The notes below the pieces were generated by a model that saw only the letters and a list, made by a program, of their open reading frames with translations, did no database searches and was not told the origin of the DNA. Source: Cystobasidiomycetes sp. EMM_F5 (Eukaryota). Taken from it: a DNA stretch of 64,000 bases. Shown here one piece after another: positions 39,857-51,834 of this stretch. The DNA lies in NCBI GenBank assembly GCA_051047955.1, contig JBPGPT010000047.1, positions 1 to 64,000 on the forward strand. Reading direction: 5' to 3'. The translations under genes and the position numbers were made by a program. Each line of letters opens with the position of its first letter. Position 1 is the stretch's first letter.

Positions 39857-40133
39857 GTTTCCATCGAGTCGGCGTGAAGCCAGACTTTTGCAAAGAAGCA
39901 ATAATATATATCTATATCTGTGCTGAAGGCGCCACTGAAAAATCTGCACCATACCCAAACGAAACGTCTCCGTTGAACCCAAGTCTGTTACTGAAGTACA
40001 CCCCTTTTTGTACAGGTACCCCTCTGTGCACGCTGCGTGCGATACTCTACTGAATTAACAGCTTGCAAGCTCGCCTAGTTTCCGGTTGTTCTCCACATTC
40101 GCCCAACCACTTACTTGATCTGAAACAGCCTCT

Positions 40134-41877
40134 TTACGATGAGCTCGGTCCACTTTTGCTGTCGTACGACGGCAGATTGTACGCATCCGACTCGCGGGCT
40201 TGTCTTTTCTGATATTGCCGCATGCCCTTTCTGCCGAATGCTGCCATGCCCAGCAGCCACAGCAGGGCCAGAATCCCCGTCGCCAAAGCAAGCGTTACAG
40301 CAGCACCAATGAATCCCGCTGCTACGGGTGACACCGAGTGGTGACTGGTTTGTAGGGCTGTCAGCTGTGTCTGCGTCTGATTGAGCGCGTACACAGCATC
40401 GCAGCCGCGTGTTGCAGTGTTGTTGCAGAGCTGGCACCACTCAGTCAACGTGGAGACCGAGTAGGGCTGCGCAAACGGACTAGTCAACACCGGCTATCAT
40501 TGACGGGTCGGCCTTCTTACACACCTGCAATTTGCTTATAAATTGAGCCAAAGGATAAGCAGCATCACTCGAGCCAAACATGTTGAGTGTCCTAAAGTCG
40601 CTGTCGTAAGTGCCGTTCTTGAATTGCATGGTAACGGTATAGCTGTTCGTAAGCTGCACGTATCGAATCTCAAATGCCAGGGCTGCGGCATAGTCGACGA
40701 TACCAGCAACCTCTGGATATGTCTGCGCTACACCGGTCAGATTGAAGACTCCGATGAATGGCTGTTGCCGTGAGGCAAGTCGTCAGGCTCTTTTGACATG
40801 ATGAACAACTTTTGCAGATACTTGCCTTGTAGCTGATACCGACACCTCGGAATTTGACTGGTTGTGAAGTATTGGCGAGAGTTGAGAAGGCGTTGAAAAT
40901 CACCGGTAAAAAGGCTCGTCCAGGAATGCTGCCGATGGAAGCTGGATCGGGGTCGGAAAAACTGGTATATTCGCTGCACTTGGCTATCAGTATGCATACC
41001 CTTGCACCAGTCCTTTTTACTCACTGCCAATTTGCTAAATCTCTCGCCTGCCGCAGAATGCTGTCTGACGTGCTCTGCATGAATGATGAGCTGTGAAGCT
41101 GATGCCAGAGGAGCATTTAAGAATCCGCTACTATAGAAGAATATTGTCATAACGCACGTAATTGACGTTGATGTAGCTACATTTCGTTGTTAGTCCAATG
41201 ATGGTTACCTGCTCGCACGCGCCTGCTCACTCGAAGATATTCCACATGTTCGCCAGCGAGACGGTCCGGGAGCCCACTACGGACGCAATGGCTTGCAGCG
41301 AGGCCGAGCTTTGTTGAGCTTTTTGTGCAAACACAGACGAGTTGTACCACGCGGAGTTATCTACGGTGTATGCCGGGCATTCTGTCCAGCTTTCAAGGGT
41401 ATAGTCGTCTTGAATTTCGACGCTCTCGATAGGCACATACTGATATCCGCCGAGCGGCGACAGAATGCTCGTTCCATTAGCCAAGGTGATGTTGTTGGCG
41501 GTAGTAGCGGGGAAAGCGCCTTGCGATAGAGCGACTGCGCTGTCGTAGATGACTCCTCCTTCTCCGCCGGCGTCCGCGCTGTACCAAACAGGAGCATGTA
41601 AGCGTCAGCCATGCCAACCAGACATAACCACGTATACAATTCACCTTAGGTAAACCTGATTGGCGTTCAGCACAGTTTCGTTGAAGCCTTGAATAGCATA
41701 TGGGCTGTTTTGCGCAAAATACCGGCTCCTCAGCAAGCTTCCGAGCTGATACTCCTGCTGTTCGCCCAGCGGTGTGATGGCTGTATTGGAGGGGGTGTAC
41801 GATGTAGGGGACTGGTAGAAGGAAGTGCGGTCTCCATGTCGGAATATGACGAGCACGCCGACGGTCTGCTGAGCCAT
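40134..41877 (-). CDS. Histidine acid phosphatase family protein with C-terminal TM helix
   Basis: RHGDR, ITPLGEQQEYQLG, LANMWNIFD, ISYKP and TM AGFIGAAVTLALATGILALLWLLG. Confidence 0.82.
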
Positions 41878-42214
41878 ACTGCTGCCAGCGCTTCCAGGAA
41901 TCAACAATCAGAAAGAATATGAATGCTTCCACGTCAGTCGGTAGTGAATGTTCAAATTTGCAAGATTGGGCTGACATCTATTTGCTGCAGCGGCGATCCG
42001 ACGCATTTCGGCGGCGCCCGTCGGAATCATAGGACAAACCACTGTACATTCGCACACTCGCTTGGGCTATTTAGGACAACGCGAAGGTGTAGCTATACCA
42101 CATCTTCAGGAGAACTAACGTGATGCTCGTCCATCGTAAACCTAGACATGGCTTTACTCGCTGCATTTTAGGCGCTTCTCAATTCGCTCAGCCGATTATT
42201 CGTCAATAACATTT

Positions 42215-43582
42215 TTAACCAGTCTCTGGGCTCCACGGGCGGTCGGGCATGACATAAGAGCGGTTGACACCTAGGGTGATGTAACCAATCATGCCCTGTT
42301 GCATGACGCCGTTCAATTTGTGGATGTCAAAGGTCGGCTGGTGACCACCTGCGTGCGAGTCGTCGTAGATGTTGAGCGAGTCTCGCCAGTTACGTGTACG
42401 TCCCCACTTGTTGGCAATTGGGTTGGTCGAGTATGGCCAGACCTTGTCGAGCTGGAGATTGAGGTCATCTTCGACAAACAATTGACCAACGTATGCGGTC
42501 TTGCCGATGGCGAACGAGTTGTTGTGCGGCAGGGGTGTCCACTCAGTGTGAATTTTAACGTGGACGTGGGTGGCGCCTGCGTTCATATTAGACATTAATG
42601 TATGTCGCGCGAAGCGATAATCGGGAAATACAACTCACGACCGGTGTAGTAACCAGGGAAGATTGACGAGAATTGAGAGATACCATTTCTGTCGGTAGGC
42701 CAGGCAGCTCTCAAGAATGTCTCGTGATCGTTGCCTCGTGGGAAAGCGCTCAAGAGACCTGAACGAGCACCCCCGCGCTGGGGCAACTCGTCAATTAGAT
42801 GTGGTGCTGGATCACCGTGGCCTGTTCAAACGAAAGGACCAGTCAGTACGGTTTAGCTGGGGCGCGAAGAGTGACTGACCGGCGTAGTGACCAGTGGCGT
42901 TAGCATGCCAAATGTCAACGAGAACGTTGGGTAGGGGTTCGCAGGTCTCGACGTCGATGACGCCAAAGTCCATCAGGAAGAGGATACCGGCTTGCCATTC
43001 AGCCATGTTTTGGCGGATAGGGTGGCCGTAGGTGTGGTAGTAGGGTCCTTGTGTGACGATCGGCGAAAGAACGCAGGTGTTATTGGTGATCTTTACTTCC
43101 TCGACCTTGTCGCATGAGAGGAGATTGGGAGGCTGTACTCCGTCTGCAGCATTGCCTTCGCCGTCCAGGTTGAGATCACCAAACGCGCCTTGGACAAAGA
43201 GGTTTTTATCGGCGAGAGCGTCAGCTCCCAGCATCCGGGACTGCCATGCCTTCTTCCGTGCCTCAGTATAAGCCTGTTGGAAGTGTTTGCAGAGCTCAGC
43301 CCATGTTGTCTTCGTCTACACAATTCATCCGGTCTGGATCGAATGGCGACCAAGCGGAGAAAGCGAGCTCAGACGTACGGCAACGGCGGGAGCGCAGTGG
43401 TAGATGGTAGATTGAAGAGCCTGGTACTCTTTGATCTCCTGGGGAGTCTTTGGGCCTTCGTGAGCTGCGATTTCGACTTGTCAGCTGGCGGTCTTGCGTT
43501 TGCTACGGCTGGCTCGGAGAGGCTTACCGGCTACGAGGGCTGCCGCTCCAGCGAGGATGAGCGAGCTCGACACCAACTTCAT
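42215..43582 (-). CDS. Secreted intradiol ring-cleavage dioxygenase-like protein
   Basis: Signal peptide MKLVSSSLILAGAAALVAG, TQGPYY, VDIWHANATGHY and FPGYYTGRATHVHVKIH (Tyr/Tyr/His/His iron ligands). Confidence 0.88.
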
Positions 43583-43889
43583 GTCTGTGCAGAGACTGCG
43601 ATAGAACTGGTGGTCAGAACAGAAGCAACCTGCAAAGCCAACTTTTTTTTGATTTAAATCTGCAGCATCTCCTATTCGCAGGACTTCGGGATGCGCCACC
43701 AACCAGGTCCGCGACGGCACCGGCAAAAATATTCCGCGAGTTGCGATTCGCAAGTGCAAGTGAACATTTCTAATGCAGCAAGTGTGGGGCGTGGTGGAGA
43801 CCCACGCCGAGACACCGCTCCGTTCTTGACAACACGACGACAACTTGGACACGAAGAGAAATCCGAAAACCCCCAGAGCAACCTCGCTT

Positions 43890-46800
43890 TCAGTTGAGAT
43901 AGCCTCGGCACCCGCTGCTCCCACACAGACACACAATCTTCTCGTCCTCCCGCGGGAAGTGGTAGTCGTACGTAATCTCGTCGCCCTCGTAAATTGGCTG
44001 CTTGGCGTAGATGACAATTTTCTTGGTGCTGCCGACCGAGAGTATACGGGCAGTGCAATTGGGAGTGCAGCAATGGTTGATGAGGCGGCCAAGATTGCCC
44101 TTCATCGTAGCATCGATAACCACGTCGTCGTCGACACGGCTGTCATGAGGTGATTCTGTCAGCATCATTGAGGCAAAGGGCTCAAGGGAACGCACAACAG
44201 GTAGCTGGATCCGATGCCTTGTCGCTCATAGTATTTTTCTCGCTTGTCCGCTACTTGAGCGCGTATAGATTCGCCAACGTACTCAATTACCATTTCTCCG
44301 GCAGGGATGTATTCGACCGCATACAAACCCCAGTCGTGAATCGGACTTCGCGAGAAGCGTAGCTGCTTTTTGCGCGTACGTAGCTGATTGAACTGCAAGA
44401 CATCTGCGTCGCTAGCAGTGGCTTTCTTGTGCTTGTCCAAACCCGAAACAAGCTGGCGAGCATTTGCTCGCGCAAGACGGGAGATTGCCATCGACGAGGT
44501 CGTTCCTGCAGTGTCCACTTGTGCCTGATTGCGGGCGGCAAGGTAGCTGAGCTTCTCAACCTGAGGAATCTTGTAGTATCCCTCAGTGCGTGCGCATCCG
44601 CTTCCATGCTTGACGTCGACTGTTCCCTCCTCTTCTTCTGGCAACATGATTGGCACACTGCCTTTGCCAGCTTTGTGTTTTACCAAAACAAGCCTTAGAT
44701 AGAATAAATCCTCGTCGTCTTCTGCCAAGCCGAGCGCAATCGGATCTGGCGTTGGAGGTCTGGCGACCCCCCTGGTCGTCTTCGATCTCGCTCGGGCGGC
44801 AGCCAGATTGGCAATTCGCTTCGCCCGTCTGCCTTCTACCTTTGCCCGCTTCGTAGGGCGTGCTTTCATATGCGAGTCTGGGCTAGCTGGTTCGAGTGAC
44901 AGCTCCCTCTTCAGTACCGGACCAACGGAGATGTCTAAGGAGACAGGCGTTGGCATTGCGACAGCCGCCTCCGGGGGCTCCACGGATAGCCGCACTTCTG
45001 CGATTGGTGGCTCTAGATGTGCCTCGTCCGGTTTCAGGTGCACCATCTCAATCGCATTAAGAGGGTCTGTGCGCGAATCAGCCAGTACATGTTCATCTTC
45101 GTCCACTTTAACGATGCTCTCGGTACCTGCGTAAATGTCTGCGTTCTCCGCAACTTTCGCCTGCGGGCTCGGTGACTTGGCTTGGTTGTCATCCTTTATG
45201 TCGACCTCGTCCTCACTGCTTGTAAAGGTGATCTCGAGCTTCTTTTTAGGTTTCCGCGGCAGAACGGCGCGTTTATGACGCTGTGGAGGCTTCTTTAGTG
45301 ACTTCTTTACCGGCTTCTCATCATCTTCTGACATTGGCGTGTGCGCTCGTAATATCTTAGGAGGATCTGCTCGAACGATTTTTGGCCCGATTGAAGAAAC
45401 AGTGGAGACGGAAGACAGAGAACTGAGGTCGTCATCGTCATCGTTTGCAGGGGGCGTCGGCTTATAATCTGGTCTCTGTTGCAAGGATACAGAAAGAGGA
45501 ACGTTCGGCATCGTTGACACTGGAGTGGGAGCGGCACTGCTGCGGGACATGGATTGTTTGGAGAAATGTGGAAGACGTGAAGCGTGATCCTCGCCTGCTG
45601 GAAGCAGTTTCTCTGCAGTGGAAGGTCCGGGCAGAGTCAGCGTCCCGATCGTATGTGCCGGCGACGCCTTCAGGGTTGAACCAGCTTGGAAAGCAGTGCG
45701 AGATCGATACTTCTGTTGTTCGTTTTCGAGAGCACTACTGATCTCGCTAGAAACGATGCGCTGGCGAAGATCTCGTTGAAACAAGTCGACGAGTTGGTCA
45801 ATGATCTTTCTTCCTGCATCTTGGACTAATTGACCGTCGCTGAGTGGCTTTGTCATTGATGCGAGTGGCGGAGGCGACGGTTTTCTCGGCCCTGCCTTAG
45901 CAGTCGGGGAGTATCGCGAGTCTTTGGCATGCCTCGCGTACCAATCATCTTCGTACTTTTCGACTTCCTCCAAGATGAGTGCGGCTTTACGCTTTGCAGA
46001 CGCCAATTCAGCCTCCAAGTCGTGAACATAGTCAAGACTGGGAGGATCCTCGACGAGCAGTTCTATCGAATGACCTCTAACTCGGTTTTCGTTCTTCTTG
46101 TTAAAACATGTGTCGGCCACCTTTGGGGAAGTGAAGACTGCATAAAATGCATCATCATCCTCCAGAATCTAGGCGGAAGTAGCCAGTTTAGCTTGACGTA
46201 CTCAGGGACAGCTAGTGCGTAACCTACCATCTCTGCGATGAATCCGCCTAGAAATCCCCGCACAAAACCCTCATGTATCGACTTTTCTCCTAGATTTAAA
46301 AGCGGCAAAAGGTTGGCTTTATTGATCTTAATGTATGCGAATTCAGTTTTTGCCAGTTGGCGCATGACTCGGATCTTCTTGATCAGAGCGTCGTTGGCCT
46401 GCAATATATCCGCGTATTTGTCGGCCGCATCTGTACGTGGCGGCTTTGCTCTTGACATTGGCTTTGAGCCACGTGGAAAGTATATCTGATCATCATTCGC
46501 ACGAGCGCGGTGCGTGTCATCATCATCGCGATCCGTGTCCAAGTCTGACGAGTCGGACGATGATTCAGCATTCTTTGTGCCCACGCCGCCAAGCTTGTAC
46601 GGTTCTTTAGCAGAAGCTGCACTAGCCAATTTGCCGGGAGAAAGCGATAAGCGCTGGTTTGCATGCGGAGAAGAGGACAATGTTTGTTTAGAAAGACTTG
46701 CAGTCTGGACGGTCCCCCCGGTGGTCAGCTGAATGGCTGCACCAAGTGATGAGTGACCGCTAGCCGTCCGTGTTGGTCGAACCAGGACAGGACCTGTTGG

Positions 46801-49482
46801 CATAAGAGGCTTAGGCGGAAGGCCTGCTGGACGTGACGCTCCCGTGACAAGCGATGACTGCGATGGCGGCAAAGGTGAGGCGGGACGATCTACCTTGTCA
46901 TTAACGTGTACAGGCGGGGAAGGCTTGGGCTTTAGCTCTTTCGGCAGAGCGCGAAGAGCGTGTCGACGTTGGAGCTCCTCTCGGAGCAGCTTGTCACACT
47001 GTGCTCTGGTCGGATCGAGCGCTACGCACACACGACCGTCAGGACCGCAAAGCGGGGAGATTTTCTGGCCGTTCATACGCCGGACAGCATCAGCTGTACA
47101 AAGCGTACCGTCCTGAGTACCAGTAGCAATGCTCATCGTTTGCCCGTTCGTCGTGTAAACAGCTCGGGAGACTTCGTCACAGTACTTCACCCAAGCAAAA
47201 CCGAGCAAACCGCCAGTGCTAGGATCGACCATGATGCCCGCGTCCTCAATCTTACCATACGATGAGAAATACATCCGAAGAGTGTTGATGGTCGTCAACT
47301 TGGTCAAGCCAGTCACGAGGATAGTGCACGGAGGCGGGGGCGGAGGCGGACCTGTGCTATTTAGATCATACCTATACTTCACTGGCTTGAGGTCCCGCAC
47401 CAGGTAGGCCCGACTTTTGCGACTGAGATGAAGAAACGTCTTCTCGTCGGCTTTCCGTGGGTCTTGTACAGGGAGGTCTATGCCCACACCTTCATATCGG
47501 GTCTGGACCTTATTGCTGAACTTGAGCTTGGATTCGTCCCGTTCAGGGTCATATGTGACGAAGAATGCAGGCTCTTGCGCTCTCTTCGGAGAAGTAGGAA
47601 TGTGTGTTTCCTCCTGTGCCGGTGGACATCCACTCAAGCTCTCTGCTGCTCCACTCGCGAGGATACCTACCGTTTCGACTGTCGCATTTGCGGTAGATTC
47701 GAGAACCGGGTCAGGTTGCTCTTGCTGATCAAATGACAATGGCATACGTGAAAGAGCCGCAGGCGTTGCCCGTGCAGCAGGTTTCGGTGGTAAAGGAATA
47801 CGCAGGACACTTGGAACCGGATTGAGTCTGCTTGTGGAAGCGAGAGGTGGGCTTTCGCGCCTACGATCTAACGGCTGCACTGAAGCTGAAGCAGTTATCG
47901 CTTCAGGCGGTCGAGGCAAGAGAGAAGCTTTCACAGAGTCGCTAAGAGGGATATCCGCTTGAGAATTGCGATCTTGTTGTGGAGAGGAGGGTGGAGACTG
48001 GCGTGGGCAATTGTCTTCCCCAGAAGTAAATTTGAAATGCTGTGCCAGATCGGGGTCACCGGGTGGTTCGGGTAGAGGTTCTTTCGGCGGTTCTGGCGCT
48101 GGTGGGCAGGGTTCTAGAGGTCGCGGAGGAAAGAAGGGCAGTGATTCGGGCTGGATATCCTTGGACGTACGTCCGGCTGGAATATCTGTCTGGAGCGGAT
48201 GCGGCTCTTCTTGCGAAATGTCGGAGGACGTCCTAGAATGCGTAGCAGCTGGTAGTGATTCGTCGACGAAAGTAAGCGGAGAAGCTTGCCGAGGGCTGTG
48301 CCTACAATGTCGAGGGGGTGAAGGGGATCTTCGTGATGGCCTAGGAAAGTCCTGGCGCACGGGGCTTGATAGTATTTCACCTTCTTCCGGAGGTTCCGCT
48401 TTTTTGGGTGCTGCCTTTGACGATACACGGTGAGTAGCGAGAGCGTCGGCATACTGAGCTGTTCTGACGCTGTTCGCAAATTGCTTGACGTCGATTTCAT
48501 CTTGCTCGTCGTCCCGCTGCCCAAAGACGTTGCGACTGATTGCTGGAGCTTTGCCGTTGCCGTTGGCCGGCTTTCTGTTGACAGACATGCTGAGGACTTG
48601 CGCGTTCGAGGGTCCAGAGGGGAGTCTACTACTTGAAGCGGTAGACGGTAGGCCAGCAGCTGCAGGGCGAAGCGGGCCGCTCACCGGCAGCTGTATTGAC
48701 ATTTTAGCAGGTTGCCGTAATTTAGCAGTGGACGATGAGGGTGCTGTGGGTGCGGACAACTTCATTGACATCTTGGGCGGAGGCGGTCTGGCAGACTTAT
48801 TCTGCATAGCGGCAGGCCCGGTCGGAATGGTTGCATCTGAAGATGGGGGTGGCGGAGGTGCTGTTTTCGGCGGCGGAGGTTGAGCAGATCCTTTTGGCGG
48901 GGATTTCCCTCGACTAGTATGGTTGTCGAGACCGGATGTCGAAGCTGCAGGAGCAGACTTCGCCGGGTGTTGCGCTTCTCGTTTTCGGGCATCCGGCGGA
49001 TCATGGCTTCCGTTCGTTGGGGAATACTGCCACGTATCATGACGTGCATTGAAATCTTCCAAGCTTTGCCAGTCTTTCGAGCTGCGTCTCTCGTGTTGGC
49101 TGGACGTGATCGAGCGTTCTCTGGATGGACCAGACGAGCTTGAAGCGTGCGGCGAGCCATAGTACGACGACGCGTACGGCAATGCTGCAGGCTTTGTTGA
49201 AGGACCATTATTGAGCATTGCTCTAGGGGCCGACGGTAGTCCTGGCAGCCCATTGATTGCAGCTGCTTTTCGGGCGGCAAACGATGTATACATATATATT
49301 GTGATTTCGCAGCAATTAGCCATGTACTCGGTGCACGCAATTCACAACGCCATACCTGGCGACTGCGCTGAAGGCTTCAGTTTGGAATTCGACGGCAGCG
49401 GTTTCGCAAGGCTCAGGCTAATCTTTGGCGGGCCATTCCCGCTGTTTCGACCAGGATGCGGCCTGGATCCACTGCGGTCCAT
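43890..49482 (-). CDS. SET1: Histone H3K4 methyltransferase Set1 (RRM, N-SET, SET, post-SET)
   Basis: [52 protein letters not shown] and [13 protein letters not shown]. The first exon MDRSG.. precedes a gtatgg intron. Confidence 0.96.
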
Positions 49483-49854
49483 GGTACTACAGCGCTATCC
49501 AAGCAGTACCACAAACTTTCCCAGCCCTTTTGCTAGATATTGGATATTTTGTGTCGGCCTTATGTAGATGCCGCGACGCCAGAGCGTAGCCAGCTCGTTT
49601 GAAGCTGCTGGCTCAGGCTCATCCGTGGTAGAGACGCCCAGTCATGGCCTCAACATGCGGCAGCTTGGCGGTCATCGGTGTCCTGGTTGTATGTCGAAAG
49701 ACGCGTGCATAAACAGGGATATGGCTCGCAAAAGCTCAAACTTGTATGTGCAAACTTGGCAGCAAGAAATGCTATGCATGTTGATGGGCTACGTCTGGCT
49801 CAACAGACACAACAGCGTCCAGGCGCCGTGCTTCGTATCGGCCACTTTTTATCT

Positions 49855-51565
49855 CTACGCGAAACCCTTCAGATCCTTCTTGCCAGCCTTCTCGGCATAC
49901 TCGACCACGACAGCCTTGACTGCTGCGCGGTCATCCTTCTTGTCCTCCATGGCCTTGCGGAGTGCAGGAGCCTCGACCGGGTCCACAGCATCCATGACGG
50001 CATCAATATCGAACAACTGATTCTCAACAAGACTGGCACTGGGACTTTCGCCATCGGGCAGTAGGTAGTTGAGGCTGGTTAGAAGCGCACGGGCAGCCTT
50101 CTTTTCGCGCTTGAGGTCTAAGCCATTCGCAAGCCTCGAGTCAGCCTTGTTTCCATGAAACACTCATACACAACCACTCACTCTTCTTGGCTGCCTCCCG
50201 CGCCTTTTTAGCAGAATCTCTGCCTGCCTTTTCTTGTTCAGCCAGAGCTTTCTCTTCGGCTGCCTTTTTGGCCTCGGCTTCAGCTTTCGCCTTTGCCTCC
50301 TCCTCTGCCTTCTTCTTCTCGGCAGCAATATCTACTCCAGGCTTGTAGCCTTTTCTCTTTGCTTCACGTGCCGCCTTTTCCTCGGCCTTGATGCGCTTCA
50401 ACCGCGGATCAACCTTCTCTGTCTGCTCAATGAGCGCGCGTACTCGAGCACGATCCTCCTTCTTCCGGCGCTCACGCTCACTCTTGTTCTTCTTTTCTGC
50501 ATACCGCTTCTCGTCTCGGCTATCTGCACCCTCGTTGGCCTCCTTGTCGAGATACTCAAACGACCGCCACGAGTCAAAGCCGTACCAGAATGAGTAGAAG
50601 GCTTCAATCTCCTGCTTGGTCGCCTGCGCTCCACCGATAGAGACGACGGGCTGCGACTTGCTGAAGCGGCCTTCCCGTTCAAACACGGGACCGTACAACT
50701 CGACAAAGTGCGCCTCGTCCTTGATTTTAGCAGATGCAGCTGGTACATCGTCATCATCAACTCCAGAATCGACACTGTCGAATTGTCGTCGCTTCTCAGG
50801 ATTTGACAGTACTTCATGCGCTGAGTGTCAATGCAGTTTTAGTATAGTTGCTGTACATGTGATTATATGCAAATTACCTTTAGCAATGCACTTGAAGAAA
50901 GAGTCCGCGTTGGAATCCCCGGCCGAGCTTGCCTTCTTGTCTGGGTGATGTCTGAGCACCTTGCGACGGTCTGGAAGATACAGATGAGTGTACTGTCAAC
51001 ACGAGAATGTGTTTCGATACGCACGAGCGCGCTTGATTTGATCCGGCGTTGCCTTGTAACGGAATGCGGACAAACCAAGAACTTCGTAGTGATCCTGATC
51101 CTTCCACTGCTTGGGATCTAGTTCGAGAAGAGTGCGGCTCTCTGGCTCGTCGCCAATATCTGCATTCTCATCCTGCGCGACGTTGTTGCCCTGCGGTAAT
51201 CCAGCTCAGAAGAGTGCCCATCGCCAGCCTCAGCGTGTTAAATACTACGTACTGCCAGTTCGCGGAGTCGCTGCCTCTCCGCAGCCAGGGTCGCATCATC
51301 CTCTGCGAATGTCGAGTTTTTCGCCAGACGACGAGCATGGGCAAAGTAAGCTGGGCCGGCGGCATATATCTCTGCAGCTCTGGATGCTGTAGGGAGAGAG
51401 AGAAAGCAGCACAGCGAGTCATAATATGCACCAGGTCAGGCTGAGAGTCTGGTCCATTTTCATGTTATCTTGCACAGACTGACCAGACAGCTTTCCGATG
51501 GCTTTGGCCGATGGACCCAACCCATTGGCCGATTCGAGCGTAAAAGGCAGCGTCAGAACAGACAT
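49855..51565 (-). CDS. ZUO1: Zuotin, ribosome-associated J protein
   Basis: [42 protein letters not shown] and DPRLKRIK. Confidence 0.95.
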
Positions 51566-51834
51566 GGCGGGCGATGAAATGGTAAATGTAGTGTTGGGCG
51601 AAAAGGGAAACGGCAAAGACCGATCAGAGATGTCAAATTGCAACACCCGACCCGACATAGCGTTCGTTTCTGTGCTTTCAATCGCCAATACGTAGGACAA
51701 GTCTCACTACAACATCCTTGCATCTAGCCTCGTCAAAAAAACTTGGAGAAAAGGATTCGTATAGCGCGTATATAGAGTGTTGGGAGGAGTGAGGATAGGG
51801 GCCGAGGTGCGGTCAAGCTCGTACGAAACACCCT

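Noticed and set aside
37537..43582. MET1, phosphatase and dioxygenase as a possible metabolic cluster
   Set aside because: The functions are unrelated, there is no backbone enzyme or regulator, and the gene order looks ordinary.
51565..51700. In-frame upstream extension of zuotin (similar case for MET1)
   Set aside because: It contains acidic residues, shows no targeting character and probably lies upstream of the TSS; the downstream ATG has good context.
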